This document shows positions 25,516-32,000 of a stretch of 32,000 nt of DNA, piece by piece. The translations under genes and the position numbers were made by a program. The stretch covers positions 480,001 to 512,000 of the forward strand of contig NC_020409.1 in the NCBI RefSeq assembly GCF_000341895.1, in the 5' to 3' direction. Under the pieces are notes generated by a model. The model did not search any database, had not been told where the DNA came from, and saw only the letters and a list, made by a program, of their open reading frames with translations. The stretch's first letter is position 1, and the number at the start of each line of letters is the position of its first letter. Source of the DNA: Pseudodesulfovibrio piezophilus C1TLV30. GTDB lineage: Bacteria; Desulfobacterota; Desulfovibrionia; Desulfovibrionales; Desulfovibrionaceae.

Positions 25516-28500
25516 TTATTGGACTGATGCGGGCGTTTCACTCTCAAGGAGTTCCTCAAGTTCGACAGCTGTTTTATCCAAGGCTTCACGCATAGAAATG
25601 GAATCCGTATATCTCAATTCCAATTTTGTTGGAGGTAATAGCTTCGCTCTTTCAATTCGTTCATTGATCCATCCCATGAGTTCGGCCGGATTTACAGAGG
25701 ACTGTGCTCCCCAGGTTACAACAACACGCCCAGGGTATAATTCTGCTCTTTCCGCCTGCAATCGAGAGAGTGATTGCTTAATATGCAGAACTCCAAAAAA
25801 AGTTTCCAATTGCTGTGGCAAGTGGCCAAATCTATCTTTTATTTCCGCTTCCAATTCCTTGAGAGCTATTTCATCTTTGGCAGAAGAAAGCGATTTATAG
25901 TAACGCAACCGTTCTCTGGCATCGTCGATATAGTCTCCAGGAATATGCGCTTCAAAGATAAAATTCAACTCTGGTTCCGAAGCCCGGGCTTCAGATTCCC
26001 CCTGTAGTCTACGGACCTCTTCCTCAAGCATTTCAAGAAAAAGTTCAAGCCCCACTTTGGCAATCTGCCCCGACTGAGCTTCACCGAGAATATTACCAGC
26101 GCCGCGAAGTCGTAAATCTTCCATTGCTATTTTAAATCCCGCACCAAGGTAGTTCATATCCAAAATAATGCGCAGACGTTTACGAACAATCTCTGAAATA
26201 TCATCGATTTTGGGCACCACAAAATAAGCATAAGCCTGTCTGTCACTTCTACCGACTCGTCCGCGTAACTGATACAACTGTCCGAGTCCAAAGAGTTGAG
26301 CTTGGTCAACAATAAGTGTGTTAGCATTGGGAAAATCAAGACCCGATTCGACAATAGCGGTACAGACAAGGACATCAATTTCTCCATGCCAAAACCCTCT
26401 CATGGTTTCCTCAAGTCCTTTCTCGGTCATCTTTCCATGAGCCATACCCACTTTTGCGTCTGGTGCAAGTTCTCGAACAAATTCAGCCACACGTTCCAAC
26501 CCATTAACTCTATTATACACCCAATAGATTTGCCCACCTCGATCAAGCTCTCGTCGCAAAACAGCTTTAAGGGAAAGAGCTTCTCGTTCCGTTATGGCGG
26601 TTTCAACCGGTTTTCTATCTAAAGGCGGCGTTTCAATGATAGATAATCCTCGAATGCCCGACAGAGAAAGCTGAAGCGTTCTTGGGATGGGGGTTGCTGT
26701 TAATGTAAGAACGTCGATATTTTGTCTGAAATGTTTTAGTTTTTCCTTATGTTTGACGCCAAAACGCTGCTCTTCGTCCAAGATGAGTAAACCAAGATTA
26801 GGCAATTCGACATCTTTAGATAGAAGTCGATGCGTCCCGATAAGAATGTCTATTTCCCCCCTAGCCGCAGCCTCAAGAACTGTTTTCTGACGCTTACGGG
26901 AAACAAAACGGCTTAGTAAGCCGATTCGAACAGGAAATCCTTCCATCCGTTTGCTGAATGTTTGATAATGTTGTTCTGCCAAAACCGTAGTAGGACACAA
27001 AAGAGCAGTCTGCAATCCTTCAAGGGCCGCTCTGAAAGCAGCGCGCAAGGCAACTTCAGTTTTTCCGAAACCGACATCACCACATACGAGTCGATCCATT
27101 GGTTCCGCTTTTTCCATATCTCGGAAAACATCCTTAACAGCTTTGTCCTGGTCAGGTGTTTCTTCAAAACCAAAAGTCGCTTCAAATTCGGCATACATGT
27201 CATCCAAAGGCCCGTAAGAAAATCCTTTAGCCACTCTACGAAAAGCATACATTTCAACCAATCCATGAGCTATTTTTTCAATAGCCTTTCGTACTCTGGC
27301 GGTTGTCTTTGCCCAACGTGTGCCCCCCAATTTATCGAGTGAAGGAGTTCCACTGCCCTCGGGACCTTTGAAACGTTGTATGAGATTTAATCTATCTACA
27401 GGCAAAAACAGCTTATCTTCACCAGAAAAAAACAACAAAAGGTAGTCATTGGCAGCATCTCCCACATTCATGTGATGCAAACCTCCGAATTGAGCAAGCC
27501 CATAGTCTCGATGGACTAACAAATCTCCTTCATTTAAATCTTCATATTTATCAAGTCCTTTAAAGGCTTTATCTCGCCCTGCGTGAACTTTTACGGGTTC
27601 AGGTTGAAGGACTTCTTCACCAAGGATCCGTGTCTGACTCCATATGAGTTCCATACCTTTTCGCAGCGGAGAGACTAAGGCAAACAGGCCACGAGTTCGA
27701 GGTGAGTACTTCAAACTGAGAGGGAGCTGTTCTTGTAACGCGAGATTGAGAAATTTCTGTCGAGATCTTTCTGAACGAAAGCTGAGTATAGTCTGCCCAG
27801 AAGCCCTTCCCCATTCTTTCAATGAGTCCATAAGAGCAGACCATGGACGTCGAGCTGCTTCAGGTTTCCAAAAAAGATCTGTGAAATCACTATAGGGCGC
27901 CTCCGCCATATCGATGCCATTTTTTTCTCGACCAATAGTCAGTTCTTCAAAGACAATCTGACGTTTTTTCTGCCATACCTGCCGGGCTCCTTCATGAGAA
28001 CGGCAGAAGAAACGAAGAGGCCAACGAATTCGTTTTTGCCGTGCTTCTTCTTCAATATAGCCCCGCCAAGCTTGATCTTGATCTTCCAAACGAGCTCTGA
28101 GTGAACTTCCGGAAGACAGGAGATAATTCATTCCTGAAGGAAAGTGAGATTCCAATCCAACGGGCGAAGCATAATACATACCGGGCCAGACAAAGCCGTC
28201 ATTCATCGCAAGTCGCTCTGTTAAAGCAAATTCCTCTGTAGAGGATATCTCTCCGGTTTTGCGAAGTTTCTCCCAGACTTTTTGGGCTTCGGATATATAC
28301 TTTTCCGTAGTTATCCCAGGGGAAACAGGTAGAAGAATGACCTCGTCCAAGTCGGCTTTTGAACGCTGGGAAGAGCTATCGAAAAGTCGAATCTCCTCAA
28401 GACTGTCTCCAAAAAATTCAAGTCGAAGCGGGAGTGGGTACCCTGGGGCTTGAATATCCAAGATATCACCACGCATGGCGATATCTCCTGCTCCTGATAC

Positions 28501-28992
28501 TAACTTTCGGCGAACATATCCCCAGGAAATTAATTGTTCCAGAAGAAGCTCTGGAGACATTTCTTCCCCTTTTGACAGCGCTACCCAATTTTCTTGAAGG
28601 ACAGACTTATCGGGCCAATGTGGCAAAAGGTTGTCAACAGTCATTAAGACACCACATGGCTTCTTACCGTATGTCAAAGCATAAAGAGCTGCCCATCTCT
28701 CGCTCCAGGATTGAGCATCTGGTTGACGCGGATTATACGGAGGAAATGTAATCCACTCTTCTTCCCACGTCGGTCGTATTTCATCTGTTTTTTTTGTGGA
28801 GAAGAGTGAAAGCAGCGCTTTTGCTTGCTTGAACTCAGCAGCACCGGGAACGATTAAAACAGAACTCTGTTGGTGGGCTATCAATGACACTGCGACAAAA
28901 GCCTGCGTAGCCGGTCCACTTTTAAAAACTCGAACAGAATCTGTTGATCCTTTGATAAAATCCTGAATAGGTGGGGGGAGTGTTAATGACAT
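25516..28992 (-). CDS. mfd: Transcription-repair coupling factor
   Basis: 1158 aa. RNAP-interacting/CarD-like segment (LVHRDYGLAQFGGL), Walker A (GDVGFGKTEVA), motif II (LILDEEQRFGV) and a C-terminal TRCF domain. Confidence 0.95.
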   Translation of the reverse strand: MSLTLPPPIQDFIKGSTDSVRVFKSGPATQAFVAVSLIAHQQSSVLIVPGAAEFKQAKALLSLFSTKKTDEIRPTWEEEWITFPPYNPRQPDAQSWSERWAALYALTYGKKPCGVLMTVDNLLPHWPDKSVLQENWVALSKGEEMSPELLLEQLISWGYVRRKLVSGAGDIAMRGDILDIQAPGYPLPLRLEFFGDSLEEIRLFDSSSQRSKADLDEVILLPVSPGITTEKYISEAQKVWEKLRKTGEISSTEEFALTERLAMNDGFVWPGMYYASPVGLESHFPSGMNYLLSSGSSLRARLEDQDQAWRGYIEEEARQKRIRWPLRFFCRSHEGARQVWQKKRQIVFEELTIGREKNGIDMAEAPYSDFTDLFWKPEAARRPWSALMDSLKEWGRASGQTILSFRSERSRQKFLNLALQEQLPLSLKYSPRTRGLFALVSPLRKGMELIWSQTRILGEEVLQPEPVKVHAGRDKAFKGLDKYEDLNEGDLLVHRDYGLAQFGGLHHMNVGDAANDYLLLFFSGEDKLFLPVDRLNLIQRFKGPEGSGTPSLDKLGGTRWAKTTARVRKAIEKIAHGLVEMYAFRRVAKGFSYGPLDDMYAEFEATFGFEETPDQDKAVKDVFRDMEKAEPMDRLVCGDVGFGKTEVALRAAFRAALEGLQTALLCPTTVLAEQHYQTFSKRMEGFPVRIGLLSRFVSRKRQKTVLEAAARGEIDILIGTHRLLSKDVELPNLGLLILDEEQRFGVKHKEKLKHFRQNIDVLTLTATPIPRTLQLSLSGIRGLSIIETPPLDRKPVETAITEREALSLKAVLRRELDRGGQIYWVYNRVNGLERVAEFVRELAPDAKVGMAHGKMTEKGLEETMRGFWHGEIDVLVCTAIVESGLDFPNANTLIVDQAQLFGLGQLYQLRGRVGRSDRQAYAYFVVPKIDDISEIVRKRLRIILDMNYLGAGFKIAMEDLRLRGAGNILGEAQSGQIAKVGLELFLEMLEEEVRRLQGESEARASEPELNFIFEAHIPGDYIDDARERLRYYKSLSSAKDEIALKELEAEIKDRFGHLPQQLETFFGVLHIKQSLSRLQAERAELYPGRVVVTWGAQSSVNPAELMGWINERIERAKLLPPTKLELRYTDSISMREALDKTAVELEELLESETPASVQ

Positions 28993-29032
28993 GTATTGAT
29001 AATGGCTGGCGGTTGACTATTTGCAAAAAACA

Positions 29033-29068
29033 AATCCGCCTTCTCCCCTATCGGGAGAAAGGCGGATT
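29033..29068 (-). terminator. Intrinsic terminator after cheW
   Basis: On the minus strand, AATCCGCCTTTCTCCC-GATA-GGGGAGAAGGCGGATT (a stem with one internal mismatch) is followed by TGTTTTTTG, about 20 bp after the cheW stop. Confidence 0.8.
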
Positions 29069-29089
29069 GTCATCTAGAATCTACCTTTG

Positions 29090-29596
29090 TTAGACGCCAG
29101 TCAAAGCTTCAATTTCTTCATTATTAAGTAATGAATCAAGATCAAGCAAAATGAGAAGGCGATCTTCAAGTTTTCCGACTCCATCAATGTAATCGGAATC
29201 CATCCCTGCAACAACAGGTGGCGGAGGCTGTACGGAATTTGCAGGAATCCGTAAGACCTCAGAAACGGAATCAACAACAAATCCAACAATGATCATTTCG
29301 AATTCAACAACTATAATCCGTGTATACTTGTCATGATCCTTAGCCTCTAGACCAAAGCGGCTGCGCATATCAACGATCGGGATGACTTTGCCTCGAAGAT
29401 TGATGACTCCTTCGACGAAATCAGGGGCACGCGGGACATTTGTGATTTCCATAGTTCGAATAATTTCTTGAACTTGCAAGATATTTACTCCGAATTCCTC
29501 TTCACCAATACTGAAAGTCACAAGCTGGATGAGTTCCTGATCAGACTCCACATCATCAATATCGACAAAATCTTCAACTTCAACGTTCATATTCAC
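29090..29596 (-). CDS. cheW: Chemotaxis coupling protein CheW
   Basis: CheW-like domain (LVTFSIGEEEFGVNILQVQEI, VINLRGKVIPIVDMRSRFG, IIVGFVVDSVSEVL) with an acidic N-terminal extension. Confidence 0.88.
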   Translation of the reverse strand: MNMNVEVEDFVDIDDVESDQELIQLVTFSIGEEEFGVNILQVQEIIRTMEITNVPRAPDFVEGVINLRGKVIPIVDMRSRFGLEAKDHDKYTRIIVVEFEMIIVGFVVDSVSEVLRIPANSVQPPPPVVAGMDSDYIDGVGKLEDRLLILLDLDSLLNNEEIEALTGV

Positions 29597-29905
29597 CTCG
29601 CGAAAAATCCGCTTGATTGCGTCTGAAAATTTTTAACGTATTCACTCTGTCAATGGCGATGCAATTTGTCAATTAAAATATATAGCCATATGAAATTGTT
29701 GACAAGAATACACAATTTCTTGTGCAAAACACTTTTATCAAAGCCTAATCGTACAAATGTTATCACAGATAATGACGAGCATTTATTATTATATGTAACC
29801 AAAGTTGTGTTGACGCACAGTAAATAAAGGAATAACTTAAGCAACAACTCAACGCTACTTGGTTGATTTCATTTGAATTTTTAATATAAGGATGGGACGT
29901 ACTTC

Positions 29906-30121
29906 ATGGGTCAATACGCCTCCTTCAGTGATCATGCTTCTCTTGAAGAGCAAGTCAAAAGCTTGGCAGATGAGGAGTTGCTGGATTTTTGGGAAGAAAC
30001 CCAACAGCTTGCTAAAATGTTGGATCTGCAAGAACAGACTGATGTCGAATACAATCCAGAATATGAGCGTGTAATTTTGCAGGAATTGCAATTTCGCACA
30101 TGCTTTAAGGTTCAGTTCTAG
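29906..30121 (+). CDS. Small acidic hypothetical protein (71 aa)
   Basis: Open frame with AAGGA 13 nt upstream of the ATG. The composition is helical and acidic. It ends 5 nt before the long palindromic terminator. I recognise no family. An antisense ORF (29855-30142) covers the same DNA but looks less protein-like. Confidence 0.4.
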   Translation: MGQYASFSDHASLEEQVKSLADEELLDFWEETQQLAKMLDLQEQTDVEYNPEYERVILQELQFRTCFKVQF

Positions 30122-30126
30122 CTGAT

Positions 30127-30197
30127 CTTTCATAGACAACAAAAAAAATACCTCGACCTTTACCGGGTCGAGGTATTTTTTTTGTTGTCTATGAAAG
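30127..30197. terminator. 71-bp perfect palindrome (32-bp arms, 7-nt centre) whose core is a bidirectional intrinsic terminator
   Basis: CTTTCATAGACAACAAAAAAAATACCTCGACC (30127-30158) is the exact reverse complement of GGTCGAGGTATTTTTTTTGTTGTCTATGAAAG (30166-30197). The GC core is flanked by A8 and T8. It fills almost the whole gap between the convergent small ORF and ugd. Confidence 0.8.
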
Positions 30198-30199
30198 TT

Positions 30200-31537
30200 T
30201 TATTTGACAGGTGGACGACCGATACTGAAGTAGGCGAATCCAGCCTGCCCCATGCGTTCTGGAAGGTAGAGATTTCGTCCATCAAAAACGATAGGAGCGT
30301 TGAGCAAAGCCTTGATTCGATCAAGGTCCGGATTGCGAAATTGATTCCAGTCTGTGACAACAGCAAGGGCATCGGCTCCCTGCAAAACGTCATACTGACT
30401 TTCGAGAATTTCAAGCCCTTCTATGTGTCCTATTTCTTCACGAGCCCGTTCATTTGCAACAGGGTCATAAGCCTTTACTTTCATGCCCAATGCGGTCAAA
30501 TCTTTTATCACTTCCGTTGCAGAGGCTTCACGGATATCATCCGTATTAGCCTTGAAGGCGATACCCCAAAGAGCCAATGTGCGTCCTTGCACACCTCCCT
30601 GTGGTTCAAAGTAGGCCTTCACTTTGTCAGCAAGGATATGTTTCTGATCATCATTCACTTCGTCTACAGAACGAATAAGCCGAGCATTGTAACCGTGGTC
30701 ATTTGCAGTCCCTATCAGTGCTTTGACATCTTTTGGGAAGCATGAGCCACCATACCCCACACCGGGGTAGATAAAACTGTAACCGATCCGGCTATCCGAT
30801 CCAATACCTGCGCGAACTTCAGTCACGTTTGCTCCAACGCGCTCACAAATATTGGCAACCTCATTGATGAACGAAATCTTGGTAGCGAGCATGCAGTTTG
30901 CTGCATACTTGGTCATCTCGGCAGAACGCACGCCCATGACTATAAGCTTTTCCCTGCTACGGGCGAATGGCGAATATAAAGCACGTAAGACTTTGGCCGA
31001 CTCTTCATCTTCAGTACCAACAATGACCCTGTCCGGTTTCATAAAGTCATTGACCGCATCGCCCTCTTTTAGGAATTCAGGGTTGGAAACAACATCAAAA
31101 CTGATGTCTTCTCCTCGTTTGGCGAGTTCTCCTGCAATGATTTCTCGTACATGATCTGCAGTTCCAACAGGAACGGTCGACTTGTCCACCACAATTTTCG
31201 GCGACTTCATACTCTGTCCAACTTCGCGCGCGACAGCATCAACATATTTGAGATCGCAACGCCCATCCGCCCCGCAAGGGGTGCCGACCGTGATAAAAAC
31301 AACCTGTGACTGCTCAAGGCCATCCTTAAGATCTGTCGTAAAGTGAAGACGCCCTTCCTGAGTATTCCGTTTGACAAGTTCTTCCAGACCAGGTTCAAAA
31401 ATGTGAACTTTCCCCGCTTCCAGGGTTTCCACAACTTTTGGATTAACATCCACACAAATGATATTATTGCCCATTTCTGCAAAACAGGCAGCGGAGACGA
31501 GGCCCACATAACCAGTTCCGACAATGCATACGTTCAT
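30200..31537 (-). CDS. ugd: UDP-glucose 6-dehydrogenase
   Basis: Rossmann N-terminus MNVCIVGTGYVGLVSAACFAEMG, catalytic Cys context GYGGSCFPKD and a typical length of about 445 aa. Confidence 0.92.
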   Translation of the reverse strand: MNVCIVGTGYVGLVSAACFAEMGNNIICVDVNPKVVETLEAGKVHIFEPGLEELVKRNTQEGRLHFTTDLKDGLEQSQVVFITVGTPCGADGRCDLKYVDAVAREVGQSMKSPKIVVDKSTVPVGTADHVREIIAGELAKRGEDISFDVVSNPEFLKEGDAVNDFMKPDRVIVGTEDEESAKVLRALYSPFARSREKLIVMGVRSAEMTKYAANCMLATKISFINEVANICERVGANVTEVRAGIGSDSRIGYSFIYPGVGYGGSCFPKDVKALIGTANDHGYNARLIRSVDEVNDDQKHILADKVKAYFEPQGGVQGRTLALWGIAFKANTDDIREASATEVIKDLTALGMKVKAYDPVANERAREEIGHIEGLEILESQYDVLQGADALAVVTDWNQFRNPDLDRIKALLNAPIVFDGRNLYLPERMGQAGFAYFSIGRPPVK

Positions 31538-31730
31538 GAATATATAACTCCAACTAAAATGTGAATATCTCTACAAGACTCAGCCGATACCCCCTTGATG
31601 CTTGAGGTGTCAACTTCAAGGGCTTTTCAAAATATATTGTCACAAGACTGCCCTTGAGAGTTGCCAAGAACCATCAGAAGTCTTAATTACTTTGAAATCA
31701 ACATCATCCACGATCTCGGAGGAATAATAT

Positions 31731-32000
31731 ATGCCGGTACTTGCCGTAAATGTCGATCATGTCGCCACACTCAGACAAGCGAGAATGGGAATTGAACCAG
31801 AACCTGTCTCTGCTGCATACATTGCAGAGATTGCAGGTGCCACAGGCATAATAACACACCTAAGAGAAGATCGAAGACACATTCAAGATAGAGATGTGGA
31901 GTTGATTAAGCAAACATGCAATACTCGTCTGCACCTGGAAATGGCGGCGACTCAAGAGATGCAAACAATCGCCTTGGATATTCATCCTGAGTTTGTCTGT
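31731..32000 (+). CDS. pdxJ: Pyridoxine 5'-phosphate synthase, 5' partial (runs off the window)
   Basis: My own translation from the ATG at 31731 (GGAGG about 8 nt upstream) is [61 protein letters not shown]...LHLEMAAT. This closely parallels the conserved PdxJ N-terminus (VNIDHIATLRNAR...HLREDRRHI...LEMA). It is absent from the ORF track because no stop codon lies within the window. Confidence 0.9.
   Translation, partial: MPVLAVNVDHVATLRQARMGIEPEPVSAAYIAEIAGATGIITHLREDRRHIQDRDVELIKQTCNTRLHLEMAATQEMQTIALDIHPEFVC

Noticed and set aside
29655-29672. A sigma-54-like element, TGGCGATGCAATTTGT.
   Set aside because: The GG is present, but the -12 element is TG/GT rather than the conserved GC at the correct spacing. 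No enhancer-binding protein gene is nearby.
29650-29847. The 65-aa ORF on the minus strand within the cheW upstream spacer, and the 95-aa minus-strand ORF at 29855-30142.
   Set aside because: The first is an AT-rich-region artefact (Leu/Ile/Asn/Lys/Cys-rich, no SD). The second starts inside the palindromic terminator and is antisense to a more protein-like acidic ORF.
31573-31690. Short repeats (ACAAGACT twice, and AAGACT inverted) and a CCCTTGA...TCAAGGG hairpin (31592-31622) in the ugd/pdxJ divergent spacer.
   Set aside because: The stems are short (6-7 bp) with long loops, and the repeats are short enough to occur by chance. No ORF, terminator context or known motif explains them. They may be promoter or operator elements, but the evidence is too thin to call.
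1-32000. A defence island, CRISPR array, prophage, toxin-antitoxin module, retron or other accessory system.
   Set aside because: There are no direct-repeat arrays and no nuclease, helicase, methylase, reverse-transcriptase or phage-structural gene signatures. Gene content is housekeeping apart from one IS element and the redox operon described in the findings.

Overview
This window looks like core chromosome of a moderately low-GC anaerobe. The rpsT-glyS-glyQ-recO synteny and the small siroheme sulfite-reductase-like genes suggest Desulfovibrionales or a related sulfate reducer, but that is inference only. Gene content, left to right:
- A bioD-bioA fusion gene, translationally abutted to a sodium:solute symporter gene.
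- One intact IS1182-family insertion sequence, sitting inside a terminator hairpin.
- mgtE, nadC-nadA-nadB and trkA-trkH.
- A five-gene redox operon on the minus strand (NapH-like membrane polyferredoxin, Cys-rich ferredoxin, cupin, two tandem small siroheme reductase-like proteins), divergent from a CRP/FNR-family regulator gene.
- A long minus-strand housekeeping block: rpsT, glyS, glyQ, recO, rodZ, two parvulin/SurA-like PPIases, mfd.
- cheW, a small acidic ORF, ugd and the 5' part of pdxJ.

I found no CRISPR array, tRNA or rRNA gene, prophage, toxin-antitoxin pair or recognisable defence module.

The best candidate for something uncharacterised is the regulator-linked redox operon at about 13.4-18.2 kb. 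Its parts belong to known families, but I do not recognise the assembly as a characterised system. Secondary curiosities:
- The IS duplicates a 31-bp bidirectional terminator as its target site.
- A 71-bp perfect palindrome fills the gap between the small ORF and ugd.
- A tandem palindromic 12-mer lies upstream of the biotin genes.
- A strong intercistronic hairpin lies inside the redox operon.

Most of the window is ordinary housekeeping DNA. All functional calls come from reading motifs by eye, not from database searches.
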